A stretch of DNA of 64,000 nt from Methanomethylovorans hollandica DSM 15978 (GTDB taxonomy: Archaea > Halobacteriota > Methanosarcinia > Methanosarcinales > Methanosarcinaceae): assembly GCF_000328665.1 (NCBI RefSeq), contig NC_019977.1:1240001-1304000 (forward strand), written 5' to 3'. The translations under genes were made by a program, and so were the position numbers. The notes beneath the pieces were generated by a model. It was not told the origin of the DNA. It saw only the letters and a list, made by a program, of their open reading frames with translations, and ran no database searches. Below, piece by piece: positions 18,962 to 28,258 of the stretch (position 1 is its first letter; each line of letters opens with the position of its first letter).

Positions 18962-20230
18962 ATGTCTCCGGCTGTAGAGAAAAATAGTACAAATACCTTC
19001 AAAAAATGCATTGAAGGCTTTGAACAAAGTTTTAGAAGCCCCCGGAGGGATTTGAACCCTCGACCTGCTGATTACGAATCAGCCGCTATACCGCTAAGCC
19101 ACAGAGGCACGATTTTGAGAAGTTGCTCTCAAAATCGGAGGTCCAAAGCCTGCTTTAGGTGTGATTGGACAATGGAAGCGGGAATATATAAAATAGATGT
19201 CGATAGGCGTATAGGCACATTAATTACTTCTGAACTATCAGAGCGAAATAAATCTCTGATTATTGAATTTGCTGATAGTTGTTTTATTGCTGGACTTGGA
19301 GACCACAGGGTTCTTAAGTACATTTCTACTCTAAAAAGCATAGCTACTGATATTCAGGTTGATTTAGACAGAGTTGGAGTACCTGAACTTCGAAGATATA
19401 TCTCAACGCTCGAGAGATCAGATAAAAGTGAGTGGACAAAACATGACTACAAAGTTACTATACGTAAATTCTACAAGTGGTTTTATAATGAAGACAATCC
19501 CGAGTTGACAAAGTGGATTAGGACGACTATAAAAAAGAAAAAACAAAAAGCACCGGAAGACATCCTTATAGAAAGTGAAATACTGTCGCTAATCGATAAT
19601 GCAACCAATAAAAGGGATAAAGCATTGATTGCTCTTCTATGGGACATTGGAGCACGTATCGGAGAAGTAGGAACTCTACGAATAAAGGATTTAGTGTTCG
19701 ATGATATTGGGCTAATCGTTCATTTAAACGGCAAAACTGGCCCAAGAAGAGTAAGAGCTGTGTGGAGCATAGAATATCTTAATGAATGGCTCGAAGAACA
19801 TCCTGAAAGAGATAATCCAAATGTACCTTTGTGGTTCAAATTTAATTCTGAACCTCTAGAAATTCTCAAATATGATGCAATAAGAAGGCGCTTGGTTAAA
19901 ATCTCTGAAAAGACGGGCATTAAGAAAAAGATACATCCACATCTTTTCAGGCACTCTAGATGCACACATATGGCTAACTATCTTACAGAAGCTCAGATGA
20001 ATTTATACTTCGGATGGATTCAAGGTTCTGATATGCCATCTGTTTATGTTCATCTATCTGGAAGAGATATTGATGATGCTGTTCTGAAGGCAAACGGAAT
20101 CATCCAAAATGAATGTGCTCGAAACAATAATCTACAATCTAGTTCAGAAGAGAATGTTATTGAATCGAAAATTTATAGCATGGTAAAAAGCAATCTAAGA
20201 AAACTTTTGGTTAATGCTAATTGGGATTAG
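18962..20230 (+). CDS. Tyrosine recombinase/integrase (alternative start ATG 19172)
   Basis: GARIGE, GKTG, HPHLFRHS, FGW, PSVYVH: complete catalytic set. SD-like GAGGTG before 18962 and AGGTG before 19172. Confidence 0.92.
   Translation: MSPAVEKNSTNTFKKCIEGFEQSFRSPRRDLNPRPADYESAAIPLSHRGTILRSCSQNRRSKACFRCDWTMEAGIYKIDVDRRIGTLITSELSERNKSLIIEFADSCFIAGLGDHRVLKYISTLKSIATDIQVDLDRVGVPELRRYISTLERSDKSEWTKHDYKVTIRKFYKWFYNEDNPELTKWIRTTIKKKKQKAPEDILIESEILSLIDNATNKRDKALIALLWDIGARIGEVGTLRIKDLVFDDIGLIVHLNGKTGPRRVRAVWSIEYLNEWLEEHPERDNPNVPLWFKFNSEPLEILKYDAIRRRLVKISEKTGIKKKIHPHLFRHSRCTHMANYLTEAQMNLYFGWIQGSDMPSVYVHLSGRDIDDAVLKANGIIQNECARNNNLQSSSEENVIESKIYSMVKSNLRKLLVNANWD
19037..19108 (-). tRNA. tRNA-Thr(CGT), duplicate copy / att site
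   Basis: GCCTCTGTGGCTTAGCGGTATAGCGGCTGATTCGTAATCAGCAGGTCGAGGGTTCAAATCCCTCCGGGGGCT; identical to 25298-25369; no obvious promoter of its own. Confidence 0.85.
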
Positions 20231-20347
20231 ATAGATACTATTATTTATTTTTTTATTTATCCCATTCATCAATACATTTTCACTCATTCAGCTACCATAC
20301 CATCTATACTGAAAATTGCCTTTTCTGCGAATTCTTTATTTTTGACT

Positions 20348-20377
20348 ATTTACCCACTCAATGTTGTGGAGATCCAA
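20348..20377. repeat. Third copy of the 30-bp motif (perfect inverted match to 14665-14694)
   Basis: ATTTACCCACTCAATGTTGTGGAGATCCAA is the reverse complement of 14665-14694. Confidence 0.85.
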
Positions 20378-20701
20378 AATTATTAATTATTAGTCCCCCC
20401 GATTCCAACTTTAAAGAAAACTTTTTAAGTGGTGGCTCTGATATTGATTCTTAATTTATAACTTTTATAACTCTACTAAACCATACTTTACCATCAAAAA
20501 TTAAAAATCTTGCAACCTGGAGCCTTAAAATCAATCCTCGAGGATAATATAAGGGATAATCAACATGTATAATTTATGATATACAATCTAAAGTTATATT
20601 CATACACAACTGTCTAAGAATATTTAGTAAGCTACGCTGGTAATAGTGTCTATAGATAACGATTTTTAATAAAACAGATAGCATCATACACCATATCTAA
20701 A

Positions 20702-20764
20702 GTTTACTTAAATGGGAGAGATATTGATAATGCTATATTAAGAGCGAATGGTATAATATTATAG
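20702..20764 (+). pseudogene. C-terminal remnant of a second, related integrase
   Basis: VYLNGRDIDNAILRANGIIL* vs VHLSGRDIDDAVLKANGII in the intact integrase. Confidence 0.65.
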
Positions 20765-20778
20765 CTAAAAATATATCC

Positions 20779-21171
20779 ATAAATTAAATTCGCTTCGCTC
20801 ATTTAATTTATATATACAATCAAATATTGAAGTTGCTATATAAACAAGTTAGTATCTAAAGTATAGTTGCTCATTGATATCGATTACTCCTAAAATCAAT
20901 AGCAATGTACGCTGTAATTAATTACCTGATAACTAATACTTTAATCTATCAATCTTTCAAGCAATTACTCAATAAATAAACAATAATGCAGGTAACAATT
21001 AAATGAGAGTGACTGTCTAATGATTATTGTTAAAAAATATACTGATAAATTAAATTCGCTTCGCTCATTTAATTTATATATACATATAAATATTGAAGTT
21101 AGTATATAAATAAGCTCGTATCTAAAATCTAGTTACTCACTGATATTGATAATTTTTAAAATAAATATCAA
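20779..21171. repeat. Two ~127-bp imperfect direct repeats (20779-20905, 21045-21171), each starting with a hairpin
   Basis: ATAAATTAAAT-TCGCTTCGCTC-ATTTAATTTAT is identical in both copies; spacing 266 bp. Confidence 0.85.
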
Positions 21172-22203
21172 CAAACAATGTACAATTGTTCAGTAATTAC
21201 ATGCAGCGCAATGCAATTGATTACCAGATCGTACAAGCGATAAATCAGTACTTCAGTTACTAAACTATAAATCGTACAAAGTGTACATATTTATTAGTTT
21301 GAACCTAACCGTTATTATGCCGCAAGCCTGTAATTATGTAAAGTCTCATATATTCTCATAAGTTCCCATAATCAATAAGCAAAAAATTGTATATCTATGT
21401 ATATATAAAAATACTGTGATGATTAACGCCTATATTTTACGACAATTGCCGACAATTTTGAAGACAATTGTCGTGAAATTCTTTAATTTTTGCCAAATCC
21501 GATCAACACATATATATAGAAACAAAGACAATAGGAGAGTGGACGGGCTGATAAGAGAATAAGAGGCTAAGGGAGCTACGAGCTAAGATAAATCTTAGCT
21601 CTGCGCTGAATGATATAACATGATATGAAATAACATAACATATTAGCTGATAAAAGCAGTGCATATGAGTTTCATACATGTATTAAGCTCTTAATCTCTA
21701 ATGATGCTCAATTCATTATGTGATGAACAGATCCATCACGTAATGAATTGAGCAAGTAATGATATTATAAACATAATCATGAGTGATCTGTTATATAATG
21801 GATTAATAGATCTATTATATAATGATATGAATAAGTTATTATTAAAGGCTAATAAGCCAGTAACATTTAGCGTAACTGTTATAAAATTTTCTAACTGTAT
21901 AGAGTGGCGTATTTAAGATAGACATATGAGCTTTGAGATGGGAGAATTATTAACCATACGCTATTGTGATCTTCAATCAATAGAACTTACAGTTCTTTAA
22001 CCTTAATTTGACAGTTTACAAAAATTCAGGTGATATTTAGGAGCATTTTGCCTTTTTCCATCATAAATAAAAGAATAATAGAAACTAAAATAAAAAATTG
22101 CTTTACTTTGAAATGTACATTTAAAGGGGGAAGGTGGAAATGTACTAAGATAGAGAAAATAAGTTCTTTTAATCCTATAAATGAGTTCTATTTTGAACGG
22201 TCC

Positions 22204-24945
22204 CTATTCAGTATATCCTAATTCTTTGGCTCTATCAAAGGCTTGAATTGCTTCTTCTTCTCTTCCCAGACTACGAAGTGCGAAACCCTTGGTATGCCAT
22301 ATAACACTTGACTTTGGGTTTATTTCTATGACTACATCAAATGCCTGTATTGCTTCTTCGTATCTTCCTGCATCGGTAAGTGCAAAACCCATTCGAACCC
22401 AGGCGATTTCAGACATTGAATCTATTTCTATGGCTTTATCAAATGCACACATTGCTTCTTCATACTTTCCCAAACTACTGAGTACATAACCCGTGTTAGC
22501 CCATGAAATATCAGATTTTGGGTTTACTTCTATAGCTTTATCAAATGCCTGTATTGCTTCTTCGTATCTTCCCAGACTACTAAGTGCCAAACCCTTGCTA
22601 TCCCATGCACTATCAGACCTTGGGTTTATTTCTATGACTTTATCATATGCCTGTATTGCTTCTTCATATCTTCCCAAGATACTAAGTGCCAAACCCTTGC
22701 CACTCCATATACTAGCAGACCTTGGGTTTATTTCTATGGCTTTATCATATGCCTGTATTGCTTCTTCATATCTTCCCAAGCTACTAAGTGCGAAACCTTT
22801 GCTACTCCATGGACCTTCAAACTTTGGATCTATTTCTATGGCTTTATCATATGCCTGTATTGCCTCTTCGTCTCGTCCCAAGGTACTAAGTGCCAAACCC
22901 TTGTTATCCCATGCATGTGGATACTTTGAATCTATTTCTATGACTTTATCAAATGCCTGTATTGCTTCTTCGTCTCGTCCCAAGCTACTAAGTGCCAAAC
23001 CCTTGCTATTCCATATACTAGCAGACCTTGGGTTTATTTCTATGGCTTTATCATATTCCTGTATTGCTTCTTCGTCTCGTCCCAAGCTACGAAGTGCCCA
23101 ACCCTTGCTATCCCATGCACTATCAGACCTTGGGTTTATTTCTATGGCTTTATCATATGCCTGTATTGCTTCTTCGTATCTTCCTGCATCGGTAAGTGCA
23201 AAACCCTTGCTATTCCATGCACTAGCAGACTTTTGATCTATTTTTATGGCTTTATTATTTATTAAATAATTCAATTCATCTCTATCCACTAGTTTTACAC
23301 CATTTGCATCTGCTAACTCAATTGCAGATTTAGTAAAGTAACTGTTTGTTACAACACTGCACGAGGAACATCCATAATATTTCTTAGCTGCAACTACTTG
23401 TTGAACTGCGCTGTTTGAAACATTAGAAGTGTATTTTTTTACTTGAACAGCAGTCTTTTCTCCATACTTACTGATTATGAGGTCTGCTCCTTGGTCATTG
23501 GATAAAGGAGTTTGCTCGACAGAATAACCCATTTTCTCATAAAGTTGCCCAACGAAAGCTTCAAACTCGTATCCACCCATCCCATTTACATCAAGAATTG
23601 ATAATTGTTTCTCACTTGAGAGCAGATTGAGTTCAAATATCTTTGTCTTGATATGTTCTTCAAAATTTTTGTAATCTAAACTTGTCAAATTGCGTTCCAT
23701 GAAATATCGATGTAGAAAAGGTAATTGATAATCTATATCATTCCCAAAAAGATTAATTGTTTGTTTTATATAACCCATTTCATCTAAAGGTGCTGTTTTC
23801 ATACATTCAGTGAACAGACCATAAAAATATTCAAAACTTGCTTCTGAGACAAGTTCTTTCAAGATGGCTTTATTATGTATTTTTATTCCTTTTGTTATGA
23901 GAAGTTTATTGAGGTTTTCCAAATCCTCTTCACTATAACTGGTTCCATATTTTTTTGCAAAATCATGAATCAATTTGAAATCATAAGCGGGCTCAAATCC
24001 ATAAATTGATTTGAAAGAACATTTATTTGAAATGATGGATTTAAAATAAGATGGTATTTCATTTTCAACCTCTATATAACTAATGTTTTTCTTAAACATC
24101 ATGCCTTTAAATATTTGCAAATTTTCTGCATAATTGGATCCATAAACTGACATGAACTTGCCTAAGTAATGTTTGAAAGGTGTGGAATTATTACTCAGCA
24201 TATTCTCAAACATTATATCTATAAACATAGAGGTATGTCTTTTTTCAATTGAATCGATTAGTTTTTGTGTATCTGCTTCATTGAAGATTAGTTTTGCTTG
24301 TAAACGCAATAGTCTTTTGAAATCATCCAAATATTCGAGATAGTTGCTTCCATAAATATGGAAAAACACTTTTAGATAATCTATAGGTGTATCTGGATTT
24401 TCATTCAGTACCTGTTTGAACTTTTCTTTTAAACGGTCATTTTCTTCAATTAACAAAATTATTTCTCTTAGTGAGGAATCATTAATGAATTGTTCATAAG
24501 TTATTACTTTCCTTAAATAAATCAGTCTTTTAAATTCTAATGTAGACGTTATATTTTTATAATATTCGTTGCCATAAATCGAGATGAATGCTCTAATATA
24601 ATCTTCAAGCGCAATTGGATTTTTATCTAATACATTTTTGAATTTTTCTTCCAACAGAGATTTTTCATCCATCATAGCAGCATATTTTTTAGATTTTACC
24701 GTCTTTGCTAGTGATTTATAAAAACCTCCTATAATGAATGTTAAGATTATACCGTATATGCACATTATCCATAAAATCCGGTAGTAGAAGTCAATATAGT
24801 CAAAGTAATCAATGATAGAAATACTGATGTAGAAATAACACAAAGAAAAAAATATGATATATAGCAAATGAATCGGTTTTAATCTTACTTCTTTGCCTGA
24901 TAGTTTGTCAACTTCTTTAAAACCATACTTTTTTTCCTCTGGCAT
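22204..24945 (-). CDS. Membrane-anchored Mrr-like restriction endonuclease domain protein with 10 TPR repeats
   Basis: Two N-terminal hydrophobic helices; GYEFEAFVGQLYEKMGY..DQGADL..TAVQVKKY..VQQV..TNSYFT..A.ELA (Mrr_cat); ten 34-aa TPRs. Confidence 0.88.
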   Translation of the reverse strand: MPEEKKYGFKEVDKLSGKEVRLKPIHLLYIIFFSLCYFYISISIIDYFDYIDFYYRILWIMCIYGIILTFIIGGFYKSLAKTVKSKKYAAMMDEKSLLEEKFKNVLDKNPIALEDYIRAFISIYGNEYYKNITSTLEFKRLIYLRKVITYEQFINDSSLREIILLIEENDRLKEKFKQVLNENPDTPIDYLKVFFHIYGSNYLEYLDDFKRLLRLQAKLIFNEADTQKLIDSIEKRHTSMFIDIMFENMLSNNSTPFKHYLGKFMSVYGSNYAENLQIFKGMMFKKNISYIEVENEIPSYFKSIISNKCSFKSIYGFEPAYDFKLIHDFAKKYGTSYSEEDLENLNKLLITKGIKIHNKAILKELVSEASFEYFYGLFTECMKTAPLDEMGYIKQTINLFGNDIDYQLPFLHRYFMERNLTSLDYKNFEEHIKTKIFELNLLSSEKQLSILDVNGMGGYEFEAFVGQLYEKMGYSVEQTPLSNDQGADLIISKYGEKTAVQVKKYTSNVSNSAVQQVVAAKKYYGCSSCSVVTNSYFTKSAIELADANGVKLVDRDELNYLINNKAIKIDQKSASAWNSKGFALTDAGRYEEAIQAYDKAIEINPRSDSAWDSKGWALRSLGRDEEAIQEYDKAIEINPRSASIWNSKGLALSSLGRDEEAIQAFDKVIEIDSKYPHAWDNKGLALSTLGRDEEAIQAYDKAIEIDPKFEGPWSSKGFALSSLGRYEEAIQAYDKAIEINPRSASIWSGKGLALSILGRYEEAIQAYDKVIEINPRSDSAWDSKGLALSSLGRYEEAIQAFDKAIEVNPKSDISWANTGYVLSSLGKYEEAMCAFDKAIEIDSMSEIAWVRMGFALTDAGRYEEAIQAFDVVIEINPKSSVIWHTKGFALRSLGREEEAIQAFDRAKELGYTE
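22207..23226 (-). repeat. Ten tandem 102-bp TPR-coding repeats
   Basis: Recurrent GCCTGTATTGCTTCTTC..., AAACCCTTGCTA... with 102-bp period. Confidence 0.9.
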
Positions 24946-25297
24946 ACAATACAGATGATAATGTTCTAAACTATATGTGCTTTTCTATTATTTCTAAGAG
25001 TGAGAGAGACAGTATATAATGCGAGTTAATTCAAAAACAAAATTCCCCCAGAATCCTTCGATATTCATCCTTAGCCTGCTGTACTTTGTTCAAATAATGC
25101 GCGCTTCCAACAGTTGCAGGTGCGCGACCTTGAAGAATAATCAATCATGATATCTTAAATTGGTTATAGACAGTTGCACTAATATATCCTTAAATGGTTG
25201 ACAATGAAAGAAGAAATAGTCTTAAGGCGAAAAAGCTATAAGCTCTAACAACAAATAATAAAATAGAAAAGCAGGCTTTGTACATAAAAAAACCGAT

Positions 25298-25369
25298 AGC
25301 CCCCGGAGGGATTTGAACCCTCGACCTGCTGATTACGAATCAGCCGCTATACCGCTAAGCCACAGAGGC
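25298..25369 (-). tRNA. tRNA-Thr(CGT), probable expressed copy
   Basis: Cloverleaf with anticodon loop TT-CGT-AA; BRE/TATA-like cgaaattattaaat upstream (~25397-25410); T tract downstream. Confidence 0.95.
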
Positions 25370-25482
25370 AATTGTGTCTCTAAAGATTACATAAGAATTT
25401 AATAATTTCGCTCAACCTGTAGTGACCGTTATTATTAATGAACCAAACATCAATTATTATTACAGAGTATGTTTAAGAATAG

Positions 25483-25743
25483 ATGGGTGAAGCAAAAATA
25501 CACAAAGACACAAATATAGTCGAGGCGTTTACACTTGTTATTCTGCTATCCTTATTTGCCTATGTGATAATCAATTGGGATATGATCCCTGAGCAAATAC
25601 CCTCACATTTCAACTTTCAGGGCCAAATAGACAGCTGGAGCAACAAAAACATGATATTGTTCCCTGTTCTTTTCTGCCTGTGCCTCTATCTACTTATGTG
25701 CCTATTACTATACGCGCAACATGATCACAATACTCAAACTTGA
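25483..25743 (+). CDS. DUF1648-domain membrane protein, probably truncated
   Basis: W..IPEQIPSHFNFQGQIDSWSNK between two TM helices; only 86 aa. Confidence 0.65.
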   Translation: MGEAKIHKDTNIVEAFTLVILLSLFAYVIINWDMIPEQIPSHFNFQGQIDSWSNKNMILFPVLFCLCLYLLMCLLLYAQHDHNTQT

Positions 25744-25938
25744 GCTTGTATCTGTATTTGCTTACATAAAAAGACTTATAAGCGATTCTATGGCTGAAAC
25801 AATCCTGATACTTGAAAAAAGGTAACTTATATCCTGCTAAGGAACTTCATGCCCTCTGTTGCTGTGCACCTCAAACAAGCTATATGTGATGATTCACATA
25901 TCATAGCAGGATTTAATAAGGGGAACAAGGTGAATTAA

Positions 25939-26544
25939 ATGACAATTTCAACAGAAATAGATGTGCATCAATACAGAAAGCCGGAAATTAACATTGATGA
26001 GTTATTCGTCAGGAGATGGTCTCCAAGAGCAATGTCAGGACAGTCTGTTCCTGATAAGGACCTCATGCGTTTATTCGAGGCTGCAAGATGGGCACCAAGC
26101 GCCAGCAATGAGCAGCCATGGAGATTCATTTATGCAAAAAAGGGAACAAAGTACTGGGATGTGTTCTTTGATCTGGTTGCAGAAGGCAATAAAAGATGGT
26201 GCAAGAATGCTGCAGTTCTTATGGTGATCATTTCAAAAATCAGATTTACAAAATATGATGCAGAAAACAGGACACATTCATTCTCAGCTGGTTCAGCCTT
26301 TGAGAATTTGCAATTGCAGGCAACTAATCTGGGGTTGGTTGTTCACCCATTTGCGGGTTTTGATGAGAATAAGGCTGCTGAAGCATTAGGGATTCCCGAA
26401 GAATACTATGTAGATGTCATGGTAGCAATAGGAATGCCTGGTAAGATCGGCAATTTAGAAGAAAAAGACAGGATAAGAGAATTTCCCTCTGATAGAATGA
26501 AACTCAATGAACTGATCTTTGAAGGTAAGTTTGATGAAAAGTGA
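25939..26544 (+). CDS. Nitroreductase family protein
   Basis: RRWSPRAM, EAARWAPSASNEQPWRF. Confidence 0.92.
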   Translation: MTISTEIDVHQYRKPEINIDELFVRRWSPRAMSGQSVPDKDLMRLFEAARWAPSASNEQPWRFIYAKKGTKYWDVFFDLVAEGNKRWCKNAAVLMVIISKIRFTKYDAENRTHSFSAGSAFENLQLQATNLGLVVHPFAGFDENKAAEALGIPEEYYVDVMVAIGMPGKIGNLEEKDRIREFPSDRMKLNELIFEGKFDEK

Positions 26545-26558
26545 GGGATCGAAAATAA

Positions 26559-27566
26559 TCATCGCCCTCGGCCTTGAATTCTTACTTCGATGCAGACGTT
26601 GAATTGATGTGGAGAATAAGAGCGCACGATACGCGTGGCAATGGGCTCAATACCAAAACCGGCCCTTTGTGCGGCGGCTTCTATGTGAGCAAGGGAAGAG
26701 GAGTACAGGTCATCCTCAGGTGTGATGTCGTAGTAATGGATCACAGTTCCGGGCTTTGCAACAACCATGGCCGCATCCAGGAATTCCTGAGCAGTATGTG
26801 GCAGGTTCATGATGACATGGTCTGCTATCCCTGCATAGTTCCGGACCTCTGCCTTTGCATCCCCTTCGATAGCCTCCACATTGCTGACCGCATTAAGAGC
26901 GATGTTGTGCCTGAGGAACTTAACAGCTTCCGGATTTTTGTCAATGGCTACAACACGGCATGAAGGCCGGTTCTTCGCGATAAGGATGCTGAAAGGCCCT
27001 ACACCTGCGAACATGTCTGTGATCACCTCCCCTTCCCGTACCTGTTCCAGTATCCTGGAGCGTTCCGTGGCAAGTCGGGGAGTAAAATACGCTTTCTCCA
27101 TGTCAACAGCATACCTGCAACCATATTCTTTGTGAACCGTATGTGTCGTGTTTTCGCCCTTGATGAATATGAACCTGCGGGTGCGGAATTCTCCCTCCAC
27201 GGGGGATAATGCCGCCAGCACAGTTTTGATATGCGGGTTTGCCTGCAGCAATGCATCTGCTGCCCTCTCAAGGTCCGTTTCCCCGGATTCCAGCAGGGCT
27301 ATGCTACCTATTACTTCATATCTGGGTGTGTAGCCCAGCATATGTTCCAGAGTAGCTGGCCTTTCATGCATCACGAACTCACGTTCAGTGACCAGTGCAT
27401 CTTCCAGTGACAAATCAGTGGCGTTCGCGGCAGGGATAAGAGGAATATATATGCAGGAATCATCTGAAGCAATGCGTACTGAAGTATCCAGTAATCCTTT
27501 TTCCATAAGGAGTTTCCGGACATGTTCACCTTTTTTCTTGTCAACCCGAATACATTGCCTGTTCAT
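26559..27566 (-). CDS. Trm5/Met-10+ family class I SAM-dependent tRNA methyltransferase
   Basis: HKEYGCRY.VD..KAYFTPRLATER, DMFAGVGPF, IMNLP, VRSYSP; ATGA overlap with the LysE gene. Confidence 0.9.
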   Translation of the reverse strand: MNRQCIRVDKKKGEHVRKLLMEKGLLDTSVRIASDDSCIYIPLIPAANATDLSLEDALVTEREFVMHERPATLEHMLGYTPRYEVIGSIALLESGETDLERAADALLQANPHIKTVLAALSPVEGEFRTRRFIFIKGENTTHTVHKEYGCRYAVDMEKAYFTPRLATERSRILEQVREGEVITDMFAGVGPFSILIAKNRPSCRVVAIDKNPEAVKFLRHNIALNAVSNVEAIEGDAKAEVRNYAGIADHVIMNLPHTAQEFLDAAMVVAKPGTVIHYYDITPEDDLYSSSLAHIEAAAQRAGFGIEPIATRIVRSYSPHQFNVCIEVRIQGRGR

Positions 27567-28186
27567 ATCAGCACCCCCAGGGCAAACCCTGAGCCAAAGA
27601 AAATGAGGAATACTCCACATGAAAGGAGCACAATCTCATAGGTCTTTGAAGACATTAGTGCCTTACCCTTGCTAAAAGATGCAGACACTATACTGAACCA
27701 GCTAAGATCCGCTATCCAGTGCCCGAATATAAATAACCCGGCAGCCAGCAGGCTTATCTCAAGACCTTTGAGCACAAACGCACTGCCTGCTGCAAACCAC
27801 CATACCCAGAAATAAGGATTTGATACAGAAGTGATAAATCCTGCTGTTACAGGGCTTGCAGAAACGCTGTTTGTTTCTCCACCTTTTGATAGCGCTGCCT
27901 TGCGGGCATTTTTTATGGTCGATATGCCAAAAAGGATGAGCACTGCACCTCCAATTAGAGATATTATAGATATTTCCTTCTCAAATACGAGAGAAGGCAT
28001 ACCAAGAACGATGAGAATGCAAATGACAAATTCGAGCATTGCATGACCCAGTACCATCTTCGGCCCAGAGGTCCAGCCATTCTTCATAGAACTATCTATA
28101 GTAGCAAATAACATCGGTCCAGGTACAAGTGCGCCAGAAAGACCAACTGCAAAACCTATGGTAAGAATCTCTATAAGTTCGAACAT
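27563..28186 (-). CDS. LysE family translocator
   Basis: GLSGALVPGP, GHAMLE, SNPYFWVWW, GHWIADL. Confidence 0.9.
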   Translation of the reverse strand: MFELIEILTIGFAVGLSGALVPGPMLFATIDSSMKNGWTSGPKMVLGHAMLEFVICILIVLGMPSLVFEKEISIISLIGGAVLILFGISTIKNARKAALSKGGETNSVSASPVTAGFITSVSNPYFWVWWFAAGSAFVLKGLEISLLAAGLFIFGHWIADLSWFSIVSASFSKGKALMSSKTYEIVLLSCGVFLIFFGSGFALGVLI

Positions 28187-28258
28187 TGTCCACTTTGCCT
28201 ATGTGCTTTAGCACAAAAAGAGAAAGAAAGGTAAAAACCTTTCCACAGGCTTGTGTTC

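Larger units (their letters stand above)
19037..25370. mobile_element. Integrated element at tRNA-Thr(CGT) bounded by 73-bp direct repeats
   Basis: 19037-19109 is identical to 25298-25370; integrase adjacent to one repeat; AT-rich cargo. Confidence 0.8.

Noticed and set aside
20779..21171. Integron attC array
   Set aside because: No clear RYYYAAC/GTTRRRY boxes, no cassette ORFs between the repeats and no evident IntI-specific insertion in the integrase.
22207..23226. Regularly spaced repeats as a CRISPR array
   Set aside because: 102-bp period, in frame, encoding TPRs; no unique spacers or cas genes.
22493..23236. 247-aa plus-strand ORF
   Set aside because: Antisense shadow of the TPR repeats.
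25200..25297. IntN fragment of an SSV1-type split integrase at the right att
   Set aside because: In-frame TAA at 25259-25261 and no start codon in the 12 intervening codons.
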